In this document: positions 13,601-26,679 of the stretch, piece after piece
Layout of the letters: every line of letters begins with the position of its first letter
How positions within the stretch are numbered: position 1 is the first letter of the stretch
Assembly (NCBI RefSeq): GCF_003704095.1
Contig: NW_020844672.1
Span: 620,001 to 684,000 of the forward strand
From: Pocillopora damicornis
Lineage: Eukaryota
DNA: 64,000 bases
Reading direction: 5' to 3'
The notes under the pieces: generated by a model
Databases searched by the model: none
The model's input: the letters and a program-made list of their open reading frames with translations, nothing else
Told to the model about the DNA's origin: nothing
Position numbers and translations under genes: made by a program

Positions 13601-16600
13601 NNNNNNNNNNNNNNNNNNNNNNNNNNNNNNNNNNNNNNNNNNNNNNNNNNNNNNNNNNNNNNNNNNNNTTTGAAAATTTATTTTATCTGTCATGCTTAAA
13701 ATAAGGGAGAATGCTGCACTCAAGTTTTTCCTACCTCCTCTCCATGTTCTTTTGAAACTTTCCTTTTTTCCTCCATGTCAGTTTTATTTCCAACAAACAC
13801 AAAATTAACATTATCTTGTCTTGCATACTACAATAATGAACAGTGTTACTGTAATGAACAGTATTGAACATATATTGTATATAATGATCATAATAACAAA
13901 AACCACAACAATAATAATGAGATTTTCAATAAACATTCAGGTTTAACCTTGACACTTATTTGAACTGAAAAAATCCAATAAAGATGAATTTGATCTGCAG
14001 TAGTTATGATCATGGTGCTTTTCATTTCCTCCCAGTCTCACTCAAACTGGCCACCAATCAGGGATGAGTTGTAAAATACCCACCATCAGGGGGTGGAACC
14101 CTGCCACATTTTTGTTGGGAAAGCACGATGAGCAAAACTAGCAAAACAACATACATGCAGTGTTGTGATTTCTCACAAATCAATTTTTCAAGAACATGCT
14201 CGCCAAAATGATATGTTTTAAGACTTATTTTCAATATCTACTTACCACTACATCCTCACAAATTGATTACAAACACACTGTAAATTGCTAATATTGCAAG
14301 GAGCTTGCTTGCAAACTGTACAGAGGACATCATTTGACACTTAGAAGGGAGTATAAGCTTAGCTTGGAGATTGTTAAGCCCCTTGCCACATTTAAATTCT
14401 CCCAGTATGTCAGCTGATCCTTACCTGTTCTACTGTTTTGACCCAGTGGTGAACATTCAAGAAGCTATCATAATTTGTAACATCAAACACTACAACCACA
14501 CCCTGTAAATGGACAAACAAACCAACTACTCAATTTAATATTTAAGCTTCTAGAAAATGTTGCAAACAATAACAAAAGTATACAAACAAACCAACAAAAC
14601 TCAAAGACTAGCTTTTTATCTTCATTACCTCAAAAGAAATATGTTTATTTGTTCTGAATTCAAGAAAATTAAAGTAAATGATCATTTTCTTTTACTACAC
14701 TGAACACAGATCTCATGCTACCATCATCCACTTCAGGGCAGTTCACAAATAAAGCAGTTGGTGACAATAAACAACTTTTTGATAACCTCTCAGTGACATG
14801 TGAGATCATCAAAGTTGGTAGATGAAAGAGGTTGTTACCTAGTAGCTTTTGATAAATCAGATTGTGTTCAAGTGGTTAAATTTCAGTCAGACATTGGCAC
14901 TGGATGATCACATTTTGCAAGCAACTGTGCATGTCACCCTTGGGTTCAAACCAGCCAAAAACAAGGTACTTTTCTGCTCTTGCAAAAATTGACTAAAATG
15001 GTAAATGCCATCTACAGCCTAGGCCATAGACACCTTTTTTGTTCCAGAGGTATCTGTTTAAACACTAGTCCTCAACAGTACATTATTGATGTCAACTGGT
15101 TCCTTTTTTTTAATCTCCTTTACCTGAACATCTTCTTGTACATATGCAGCTGTCACTGTCCTGAAGTGATCGTTACCAGGTGTGTCCCTAATGAACAAAG
15201 CAAAGAACAACATCAAAATCTTTTTTTTTTTTATACCACAATTGGCAGTAATGTTGCACTCTGTCACAGTGGTTGGAAATTTGTTGCAAACTCACTTGGC
15301 TATGATTTGTGAGTCCACAGCATTTTGACCACTGTGTAGACGAATATTGCTGTCGACGAGTGTACAAAACATTGAACCATGTGTCGGTATTTACCACAGT
15401 TCAGTGCACAAATGATAAAATAAATCACACAGTATCATCATCAAAACACCAAGACAAATGATAAAATAAATCAGACAATATCATCCTCAAAAGACCAAGG
15501 AGAAACAAGCTGTCCACCAGTGAAATTCATAATAAAAGTAAGAGTAATTATAATTGTGCCACATTTCAAAAATAAAAGAGATTTTTAACAAACAGTTTTT
15601 CTTTATTTGAATATTCCGATAAGCACAAGCACAAGCAGTTGATTGTAGACCTCCCTCTGTTGTGTGTTCATTTATTTTTCAAATAGCCCATCTACAAGTT
15701 GCAGTATGTCATGGCGACCGTATATACCTTTATCACACAGCGCCATCTTGGATTGTGTAGTGTGCCAAATCGAGGTTGGACTGGCAAAAGGTATAGGTTT
15801 TGTGTTACATTACAGTGTTTTGAGTGAAGATTACAAGCAAGCATGGCCCATGATCATTGCTGTGTTAATTTCTGTAGTAACGACAAAGGAAATAAAAGTG
15901 ATGAGAATTTGTCTTTCTTCAACTTTCTTTTGAACCATTTATTGAGATTGAATGGATTGCCGTAACAAGGCAAGATGAAGGGCCAGATTTCGAGGTAAGT
16001 AGGAGTCGTATTGTGACCAGTGAGCTGTTAGATGCATGCGTTATTAGTGATTGACTTTCCCTTTCAATTAAAGAATCAGCCAGCAATTTTTTATGACTAT
16101 TGAACCAGATTGAATTGACAAAGAATTGATTCTCTTCTACTTGCTGGTCTGCTAAATTTTTTACTCTTGCAATTTCTTTTGTTGGCGCTCTTTACCCTAC
16201 TTAGTCCATGCAAACTGCTATGTTTTAGACACTGCATGATGTGCATGATGAAAAAAGNNNNNNNNNNNNNNNNNNNNNNNNNNNNNNNNNNNNNNNNNNN
16301 NNNNNNNNNNNNNNNNNNNNNNNNNNNNNNNNNNNNNNNNNNNNNNNNNNNNNNNNNTGTAGACGTAAACGTTGAAAAAATACGTAAAATTTGTACAGTT
16401 TTACGCTTTTGAAATTAAGTTCCTTTTTTCCTACAGATGCGACATCTGGCTACCTCAAAAAATTTGTAATGATCATAGATGCTCATTGTGGCGCTAGTAT
16501 AACTTAAATATGACGCTAGGTAAAAGGTGGTTCTGATTTTGCACCGCAATTTTGGAGAGAGAAAGGTGAACACGCAACGTTTAAAAAATCCGACTTCCGT

Positions 16601-16950
16601 AAATTCATGAAAATAGAATTGAACTCTTACCATATTTGAAGTTCTACAACCCTTCTCCCAACGTTTACAACAGTATTCTTTGTTTCTCTTTCTGCGGGAG
16701 TAAAAAGGAATTTTCAGCATTTTTACAACCATCACTGACAAAACTGGCATTTTCATGAATATTGTAATCTGGGCAGACAAGAACACTACTGCGACGAAAA
16801 CTCAATCAGCATTCAATGCATCTCACCTCGAGTTTGTACATAGAGGGGATTGAAGCGTTCTCCTAGATAGGATGACAAAATCTTGGACTTTCCAACCCCA
16901 CTATCTCCAACCAATGCAATTTTGTGTTTCACTGTAGTTTTTGCGGGCAT
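10698..16950 (-). CDS. Atypical Rab-like small GTPase with CaaX end
   Basis: Exons 16950-16827 (MPAK..GDSGVGKS..YVQTR), 16691-16631 (..VELQIW), 15187-15124 (DTPGNDHFRTVTAAYVQEDVQ), 14502-14425 (GVVVVFDVTNYDSF), 13827-13735 (FVGNKTD), G5 exon not found (probably in gap 13569-13668), 12209-12156 (IFQRMTEII..), 10781-10698 (..KGFCSFL*). All GT-AG, phases consistent. Confidence 0.85.
11362..11714. mobile_element. Possible hAT-type MITE with 5-bp TSD
   Basis: Ends CGGGGTTTTCTTTAAG / revcomp CAGGGTTGTAGATAAG (11/16 match); TTGGT directly on both sides (11357-11361, 11715-11719). Confidence 0.4.
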
Positions 16951-17283
16951 CTTCAGCAGTTGTACACGCGTTTCTGACAAGTCTTTCGTTGGTTTTGATC
17001 GTGATTACTGCTTACTTGCGAGACACTGGAACTAGCATTTCACGATGGATTCTGGGATATTGGACTCTCGCAGTTACTGTTCAAGGTGAGGCGATAGAGG
17101 GAAATATCCCTTTAATTGATCATTTTGCAAATCTTAACTCCTCTTTCATTTATTTCTGCTTAATAAGTAAGATTTGATGATAGATTTATTCCATGAAGTA
17201 GCCATAACCTTCCAGAATCTTATTAGAATCGAATTATAGCAGGAATAATACTGGGAGATATTCGATAGTTTCTCTTGGAAAAT

Positions 17284-17291
17284 CCGGAAGT
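17284..17291 (+). promoter_or_regulatory. ETS-type motif CCGGAAGT between the two Rab genes
   Basis: Exact motif ~330 bp upstream of the minus-strand Rab ATG; function is inference. Confidence 0.35.
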
Positions 17292-18384
17292 TCCCATAAT
17301 GTTCCACACGTTCGGTCTGCTATGTTAATTACTTCTGTAGTTTTCTATTTTCCTGGTATTGGAATGTCACACTGTGCATAGACTGGTTTCATTCCTTGAT
17401 AAAGCTATGCTGCGATTAGCGCGTGACTTCATTCGGTCGCTTTGCATCCAATCGATCATCAAAATCAATATGCATAATACTCATGTTTGACTAGACTGTA
17501 ATGCAATATTGCTTAAACGTATCTGAATTATGCTCACCTTGTGATCCGTGCATATGGTATATTGATACATTGGTAAATCACGAGATTGACGAGTGACTTA
17601 ACTCACGTGATGTGCAAGACTGAAAGATAAGTACGTGATATTAACGATTTCCTGCACTGGTCTTTGTTCCACTCGAGGTTAATATCAGAATGTATGAGAT
17701 AATTATTTCATAAACCTCAGGAAATTAATTGGGAAGTAAGGCAAATTTTAGTTGGTTAATTGTGATTTATTTCATTGAATTGTGATCATATTCTTGGTGG
17801 AAGAGAAAAACCAACTCAGATTTGCTTGGCTCCTAGCTTGTGGCTATGTAGCTAGGTGGTAGTAATCCCCAAGTACTCTCTTGGAGGCATGAGGTTGAAT
17901 AATATCAGAACCTTATTTTTTTTCAGGTTTTGTTTCTGCAATTTCCTGAAGTGCAGTCACATGAAAGGATCATTTACCTACTGGTTTTTCATCCATTGGT
18001 AAAAATATCATTTATTTCATTTAATTTTGGATGACAATTCCATCTTTTCTTCATCACTTTTTGAAAAAGAATTTGAGAAAGTTGTCTTCATTAACTGTCT
18101 AGCAAAATCAATTTGTGTTCAGTGCTACATTGTACAATAACTGTTGTTTTGTTTTCACTTTCTTAACCAATTTAGTGATTTTTAAAGGAGAAGTTTAAGT
18201 GATCATTCCAATATTAGACAAAGGGAAAGGTGAGATAGTATTTATAAAGGGAAGACAGTTTTGCTGATAAAGTGGATGTATTTTTTTTTCATAGATCATG
18301 CTCCAAAGAGAGATTCTCAGTTTGTGCTGAATACCTGTTTAATAAGACATGAAGGATTTTGCAGCCGTAGATGTAACATGAATT

Positions 18385-21300
18385 ATGTCATTACGGGAAA
18401 AAGATTACGATGTTACTTACAAAATTTTAATCATTGGGGAGTCAGCTGTTGGGAAAACATCATTGATAAAATGCTATTCTAAACCAAACGAATCTTTCAG
18501 GGCAGCTCTTCTACCAACAATTGGTGAGTTGGTTCTGAGTTCATCTATTTCAGTCTGTAATTAATACATGTCATAACAAGTTTGGTGTGTGCGTTAGAAG
18601 GTCTTTGTAATAAGCTTTTATTTGTAAGGGGTATAGATGGCTTGAGTGAGTTGGATTTAACTTCTTAAGTTTAGTTTTTATGAAAGTATTGTGAAATAAT
18701 GACTTGGTTTTATAACAAGTGTGTTGAACAGAGTAATGCTATTTAAAAATTCAAATTAATACATAACTGCAATAAATAATTTATTATTATTTTTCAATAG
18801 GAATTGATTTTGTAACAGTGGTTACGAATGTGGATGGAGTCCGTGTTCGCTTGCAGATTTGGTTTGTAAACCTCACTTGTTGTTTTGAATTTAAGGATGG
18901 TATAATTTGTTGTTGGGCTGGTGATTAAATGTTAATCACTAAGGTTTTGCAAACATTTCCATTGTGATGGCAATAGATTGATTTACTTATATATGAGAGA
19001 AAAGAAAAAGAGAAGAAAAAATAGAATTAAGTGAATATTCATTACTCCTTCTTTGTGTGAATATTAATTGTTGTCCATCAGGGATACAGCGGGTCAAGAA
19101 AGATTTAGAACTCTGACTTCCATGCACTTTAGGGGTACAAAGGTGAGTTGAGTGCTTTCTAACAGAGGCTTTTGCAATGCTTGGGGAGAATTGTGACTAG
19201 TGAGGTGGTATATATAGACTATAGTGAGGTCTGTATATCATCATCACATTTTATCCAAATTTGCTTGTTCTAATCACATTTGAGACAGTTTTTTTTTTCA
19301 TATTGTACCCTGCATGATTGAATGTGCAAGAGTTGACAGAGACAGAAAATTGATTGCCCACTGTTCACATATTTTCATTGTGAAAATGTGTTAACAGCCA
19401 TGAAAGACAAGAATGTAAACCAAACTACCAATTATAATGAGAAATTTACCAAATGGTCATAAATTTTTCCAGCAAAGATAATAGCGAATTAGGGTTTCAT
19501 GAATGCTTCTATGCAATGGTATTTTCTGTTTTGAACACTGCACAAATTCAATATGATTCTAAAGGTGTTGATCTTAATAAAATGATAAGTTGTGATGAAA
19601 ATGAAATTCCATATTCTTTTTTGCCAGAAAGTGAGGCAATTTTAGTTGGTGATGTCCTGAGCTCTTATGGTTTGAGTGAAGACATGTCACTGATTAAGTT
19701 GTGATGTTAACATGTGAACATTTTACATCATGTACCTGGTTAATGTATGATTGCATACGTTTTGTTTTTTCAAAATTTACAGGGTATATTGTTAGTTTAT
19801 GACATTACAAATGCTCATTCATTTGATCAACTTCAGTACTGGATAAAGACAATGAATAAGGTATGTATGATTTTGTAATTGTATCAGACTGATGCTGTAT
19901 AGAATGTTAATTTGGTCTTAAGATTTTAATTAACTGTATTTTTGATCCTTGATTTAAAAGCACAGAAAATTACTAGCACATGATTATTTTGATGTAGTTA
20001 AACCCTTTAATTCTCAGAACTGATTAAGTAATAACTTACTGCATTCATGATTATCTTAAAAAGAATGTGACGAGAAGAGTAACAATTAAGATTATATCAG
20101 GTTGAAAGTGTTATATCATAATATAAATGACAATATAATAACTTGATAAGCACCAATTTACAAGGAAATGTATAGAATTAGAAGAGAATGTTCTACTCAT
20201 TTCATAGAAATTTATCTAGATTATGCACATTTTTTACATACCTATACATGTATATTTTTTAATTGTACAAGAATGAAAGGATATGGTCTAACATGGGCCG
20301 AACCGCACTATCTAACACGCTTAACAGGCAGAAATGATGTGTTTCCAAATTGCTATAAGTTACATTTTACATGAATTGTAAATGTTTGTTTTTAGCATAA
20401 CCTGATGTATGAAGAAGTAATACTTGTGGGGAACAAGTGTGATTATGACAGAAAAAGCTGGGAAGTGGACACTCAAACTGGAAAGGAGGTCAAACAACAT
20501 TGTTTTTTTGTTTTTAATTTTTTGATTGGCCAATTTTGAAAATACTATACAGCTACTTTACACAAAAGTTCCAACTTACCCAGGTGTACTCTATATGCAA
20601 GTCTTTGTAGTCAGATTGGCAGATGGGTATTCAGAGTGGATGTATGAAAGGTAGAAGATAGCATTCTGCTTCAGTAATATCAGCAAAAGGAAGAAGGACA
20701 TAGTCCTCTGGAGAAAAACAATCACAGAAACAACATCTTATCTAACATTAGTCGTGCTGTGTATGTGTTGAAATACATGTGCAGAGTATGCAAAATATCA
20801 AGAGAATTAAGCAGGATACAAGTGGTGTAGAACCCAAGGCTTTGGCAATAATCAGGGTCACCTCAAGTACCACCCAAATCATTCAAAAACTGCACATCCT
20901 TTATGGTAAAGTTTCTACATGTGTGATAATAAAAAATTTCCATGGCATCCTGAAGATAAGTTCAATAACCAGCCATTGTTTAGGAAATGAGTTGGTACTT
21001 CCTCCTCAAAGAAATGTTTGGAACAATGACCACACTCAAGATAATGGGGTAAATTGAGCCTTTCCTGAAGCAAGTGATATAAATTGCAATTTTTTTTGTG
21101 AACAGCTTGCAAGACAGTTTGGGTTGAAGTTCTTTGAAACAAGTGCAAAAACACAAAAGAATGTCCAAGAGGTGAACTAAAGCAGTTAATTTTATTTCTT
21201 CCTTATCACCAATCCGTTATGTTTTATTTCACAGCAAGGCTACATTTGTTTTTTTTTTCTACTGGAGAGTTATGAGTAGTATTCTTGTCAAGTTTGCTTT

Positions 21301-21787
21301 GTCTGCACATTTTCAGTCAATACTGTACAGTAATCAATGACAGATCTGTCTTAAATTAATCATTTTTTCTGATAATTTTACAATTGTCCAAGCATGTAGG
21401 TGATGACAATGTATCCTACTTATACTCTGTGTCTAGTTTTGTATTTAATATTTAATGTTTACTTGTTATGTATCACTCTTTTCTTTTGATAGGTTTTCCA
21501 AGAACTTGCTAAAAACGTCAAGTATGCAAATGACCCAGTTATGGTAAGATTAAAAATTCACCAAAAGCATTTTCTTGAGTTCTTACTACCATTTTTCATT
21601 AAGTGTTAAAGTAAGCTCTGTGTCTATAATCATGTTACAATGAACAACAACTTTGTTTCTCTGAAAACTGTAGGTAATAAATGGTGATGAGGACGGTTGG
21701 GATAAAATAGATGCTGGGATAAGACTGCAATCATGTGATTACCCACAACACAAAAAAAAAATGGCCAACTGTGGTTGCACCAAATAA
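18385..21787 (+). CDS. Rab-family small GTPase (Rab8/10/13-like)
   Basis: Exons 18385-18523, 18801-18861, 19082-19142, 19783-19860, 20396-20488, 21106-21171, 21493-21543, 21674-21787. GESAVGKT, PTIGIDF, WDTAGQERFRTLT, GNKCD, ETSAK, C-terminal CGCTK*. Confidence 0.92.
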
Positions 21788-22640
21788 TCTGCGAGTCCAT
21801 CTACTTTGGCAGTGATGCAGTCATCGTGCCTTCTCTGGTCACACTCAGCTTGTCCTGTTTTTTTTTTCTTGGTCTTTAGTTTTTCCTCTTTTTCTCTTGC
21901 ATGGAGGCAACATGGCTGATAAGTCGCCTCTTCAGATTTATTATAAACAGTCTGGAGCTTTCCAATTCACATTCCACTTTGACCATGGCAACTGGTTGGG
22001 ATTATTTAATGGCAATCTAAGGGTTATCTCCTTTACTGCATTAATTGCTAAACCCCCCTCCCCTCCACCCCTGCAAATTCAAGTGTAGTTTTTTCCAAGG
22101 TAGTTGTCAACTCAAAAGGGGTCATGCATGATATATAATCCCAAGAGATGGTAGTTAGAGCAAGATTCTATCAGAGGCACCAAAGCAATGTTAACCAGCC
22201 ATTACTGATAATGTCTCTGCATTCTAGTTTTTATTTTTGGCTGATTAAAGTGCACCCCCACTATAACTAAGGTATCAAGTGTATTATTTGTTTAAATTGA
22301 AGAGGTTTGTAGTTATTTGTAGTGAAACATCTAAATCTAGTGGAAAAAAAATTAAAAAGCAATTTTTAACTTTTATTATGCTTCTGGAGCAGGAAATTAA
22401 CGTTTTTGATTGTAAAAAGCATGTGTTTAGGATTTCTTGCCAGAAATTCATATCACATTTCATTGGATTCTTTCTCAGATTTATTCTATATTTAAGTACC
22501 TCTCATAACATTTAAGATAATAATTAGTACAAATATATAGGCAGGAATTTGTTTTAATAAGAATTACATCAAGGATGGGTTACTACTGAGGCAGTTCTGA
22601 CAGCTTGTAATTACATAATCAGACTTATTGTACAGTATTA

Positions 22641-23175
22641 CCGTAGTTATTCAGTTATAAGGCGCACTCGGCTATAGGACGCACCCCCAATTCGGCAACT
22701 TCATTACTGCATGTTTTCAAACTGAAAATATCGCTAAAATACTTGATTATAAGGCGCACCGTTGTTTGGGGAGTAAAGATAGGTCAAGTTTATTGTCAAT
22801 TCTTTCATAAACTTACAAAAAAGCCAAAAAGTCGCGTATTGATTTTAGTTTACCGTTAATTAACAAAAGCAGAATTGTTGCACACGCGACCACGCACACA
22901 AACAAAAAAATTACTGAGAACGTGCTCTCGACAACGTATCATATCTATGCAAATTTGACTTCGCTCGTCTTTTCAGAACCACCATATTTATAAAAGTCAA
23001 TGACCAACACTGTGTCCTTTTGTTTTCTTGAAATCGTACCAGTAACTGTGATAAAAAAAAATTGTTTCGGGAAAATATTCGCCTATAAGACGCACCCAAA
23101 CTTTGGCGGTAATTTTTAGTAGAAATTAGGAATTTCTTGAAAAAAACGGTGCGCCCTATAACCGAATAACTACGG
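22641..23175. mobile_element. pogo/Tc1-mariner-type MITE
   Basis: TIR CCGTAGTTATTC(A/G)GTTATA(A/G)GGCGCAC, TA TSD on both sides, repeated subterminal TATAAG(G/A)CGCAC motifs. Confidence 0.85.
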
Positions 23176-24368
23176 TAAGTATCAAAAACTGAAAAAAAGA
23201 AGACAACAGCAAGAGCAAAGAAGGTGTTTAAAGGATATGTCATTTCAATTTACTTTGTTGATATAAAGGTTGGTAACATGTTTTATGAACATATGTTAAA
23301 GTAAAGGATGTCTCGTAGATACAATATTAATGGAAGATACTGTAATTTTCATTATTGTTGAAGAATTAGGAAGTACAGCAACTCAAGGTTTTATGCTATT
23401 GGGCATGTGTGTGAGAAGGGGTTACTTAAAAAAATAGAGGAATTTTTTTTTAGGTGCTTAGTGGCCCCATCCAAACACTCGGGAAGATAAAGACTACCTC
23501 CTCCTCTTCCTCTCAAGTGATTGGATATCAGCCTGTGTTACCACACAAAAAGTTCCTTTCAGTTCCAACTGAAAATGTCACCATATAATTTCATACTTTC
23601 ATCTAAAACACTTCTTGATCATTGAGAACCACTTAATATCTCAGTTGTCCTTTTAGACATAGGTATAACAATTTATGGAAATGGCATAGCCAGATTTCCA
23701 CATGCTTAATGAAGAATGGCACATGTCTACTTGTTGGTTTTCTTTCATAGCCCTGTTTTCTTATGCAGTACTTTGAGATTTACATTCAGTTGTTTCCATT
23801 TGAATTATGGTCTCTATGTGTACTGAATGTTAAAGCTTATCAGTTTGAGTCAAAAATATATTGTACCAAAAGAGTTCTTATTTTGAGAATAATAATAATG
23901 ATAGTAATTATGAATTCTCTATTAGTAAAACCATATTACTTGTAACAACAATGTATAATTTAAGAAAAAGAGATGGGAATTTGCAAGAGTATTCATATTG
24001 TACACAATCAACACACAACATGAACATGATATTTAAATCAGTTTTATTGACAATTGATTCACTACAAGAGTGTCTATGGCTTTAATTAAGATAAAAAACA
24101 TTGTATCTGACAGCTAGGACACTTTGAGCTGAATTTTGAAATAAATAGGACAGTTGCATGAATGCATGTTTGGTTCATTAAAATGTAGAAATTCTTGATA
24201 AAATTTTCTTTAAAAATTGTTAAAATGGCCAGTAGTTTTTACTATCTTAGTGAGTTCAACAGCCATGTTCTGATAGAAATTACACTTTGCAGTCTTAGAT
24301 GGATCAATTACCATTATAGCATACATGTTACTTCATCGTTATTCCCTCTGAGTCAAATGTTGAATCTA

Positions 24369-26400
24369 TCAAACAACACGCGATGTATACTCAGGTAACG
24401 GGTTGTCTTTTACATATTTCTGCAAATATGTGCATGTTAGCCTCATCTTGAAATCTTCACCCACTGCATAATCAAATGCTGCCTAATGGAAAATAGAAAA
24501 AGAAATAAAAGTAAATCCTATTTCAAAGTTGCATGTAAAATATAATCAATGTGACATGCCTTCAAACTGAAATTGAAGGTTTAAAACTATGCAATTTGTT
24601 GGCCTAAGTGGTCTCCTTTGTAGCTATTCTTTAGGATGTCACATACTGCTGTGGGACACTCTTGAGAAGAGCTGGGAAGGAGACCAGGAACTCAGCTGAG
24701 TGGAATCAATAATTACCAGTATAAGGCTAGAAGAAGCTGTTTGACTTTTAAATGTAAATGCTTAAACATGGGCTACCTTACTCTTCAAGACCAGTCAAAT
24801 GCAAATTCAAAAGAAGAAAGCAAAGGCAAAACATCAAGTCTGTTCGTTAATGAAAGATGCAGGGGGTGTTAGCAACCACTGTACTAGACTACAGCCATGA
24901 CCAGGACCCATATCAAAATGTGTTCACAGGCAAGACCCTTAACCCTTTAACTCCCAAGATCTCATTGGTAATTCTCCTTACTGTCTACCAAACGATTCTC
25001 ATCATGTTAGTTTGGAGAATTTGGTATTGAATCAATTAGTAATCTCATAATTGATATTTTCCTTTTAATCTCATCACTTGCCTGCATGATATTGTTTAGA
25101 TATAGTAAGGAGAAATTCTGTCTTGGTCACTCATGGGAGTTAAAGGGTTAACTCTTGCTGTGCCCCTTCATGCCATGGAAACCAGATTAAGTGCTAGTGA
25201 GAGGAGAGGGGGAACCACTTTACTTGTGAGCAGACTTCAACCCTTGCCAGTCCTGAGGTTCAAGTCGAACCTGTTCCAGATTCTAGAAGTCTTATTTGAA
25301 CTGGTAACTTAAAAATAAATTTCCGCTTATTAATTAGCAACCACTGACCTTGGCAAGGTGCCCAGCAATGCCTTTTCCTCTGTACTCAGATGGTACCATT
25401 GTGTGGTACATATTCATGGTATTATTTCCTTCATTTTCATACTGTAGTACAGCCTTACCTAAGTGCATGTAAAAGATAGTAAAGGTGGAAGAGAGGTTCT
25501 TGAACATGAATTGTAATGAATTGCATTTTTCCATCACAGGGCTCCTCCTAGGTCTAACCTCAAGGAAACCTAGGGTATTGACAGATATTTATAACAATTC
25601 CATGTGAAATATGTCAGTTCTTTGCCAAAAACCTTTGCTCCCAGGGGCATTTACGATATGTGGCGACATTTTCCTTGACGATGTCTCGCTATTTTTGTTA
25701 AGACTGAAGACAGTTTTTTAACACCTGTGCCATTAATAGTAAAGGGTAAAAATCAATTTTCACCAATAGTCTTTCAAGGGCCTTTCCGACAAAACTGTGT
25801 GGACTGTTCTTTAATTCAATAAGGAGTTGGGAATTTTCCACAATTTTTCTGCTCCATGCACGCGGGTGCATCTTATGCATAAGCCAAAGAAATGGTTCAA
25901 TACGCCAAGTATTCCTGACAAAAATTACAAACATTTCAAAACCTACACTTCAGATTTTTGGCGCGACATGTTCACGTCGCAACCAAGTCCGTAATCATGG
26001 GGTGCGATAAAGGCTGGGGCGGGGGTGAGGTTCTGTATACAAGAACAAATCACCCCAGGATGGGCCTACAGCTTAGGGGTTGAAATTTTGGCTAATGATG
26101 AATGTTTTAGGCAACATATCATGGGTTAGATAAACTTGTGGTCATATGTATCTCTCTCTTTCTTCATTTATTTATTTATTCATATTTATTTTTGACAGAT
26201 ATAAGGAAATTAAGCTTTAGTAGGACGGCCTGCATGTTTAGGCAAAAGGCACAAATACCAAGAGAGTAGGGTATACACTTCCTAGGGATTCACAAACCTT
26301 TCTCTAAAGCAATGTAAAATTCCTGACCCTTCACATTGTGTTTGACTTCATAGGCACTCATGGCAATATATGATGAAAATCGGCGAAAAAGTTGTCTCAT
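24369..26400 (-). CDS. NATD1: NATD1-like GNAT acetyltransferase-domain protein
   Basis: Exons 26400 (or 26361)-26298, 25458-25349 ([20 protein letters not shown]), 24482-24369 ([25 protein letters not shown]). Confidence 0.88.
24939..25151. mobile_element. piggyBac-type MITE (TTAA TSD, CCCTTT ends)
   Basis: TTAA-CCCTTTAACTCCCA...TGGGAGTTAAAGGG-TTAA; related copies or ends at 13514, 29206, 43873, 48157, 51317, 51340. Confidence 0.8.
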
Positions 26401-26679
26401 TTCTTCTTTACTTAAGCATCCGCCATATTGGCTTGACACGAGTGAGACTGGAACTGCAGTCTTTCTCCCAAGAGTCTGTGCGGGGGTAGATGTTTTGAAA
26501 TGTTTCAAATGACTTCCGGTTATCTTCACACAAAGGCAGGCTTGGTTACCTGCAGACACATTAATGGCGGAAAAAGGAAAGGGGAATCGCCACAATTTCT
26601 CTAGATTTCTCCTTTCCTGTCTTCGTGGTCTTGGTTGAAATGCTGGCGAATGTTTCATGTAGCCTCTTAGTTACTTGTT
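26401..26679. promoter_or_regulatory. Probable bidirectional promoter NATD1/PCSK7
   Basis: ~280 bp between divergent ATGs; ETS-like ACTTCCGGT at 26512-26520 and YY1-like CCGCCAT near 26420. Confidence 0.55.

Noticed and set aside
15407-15499. 46-bp direct duplication (also a ~130-bp one near 49895-50110)
   Set aside because: Ordinary local intronic duplications.
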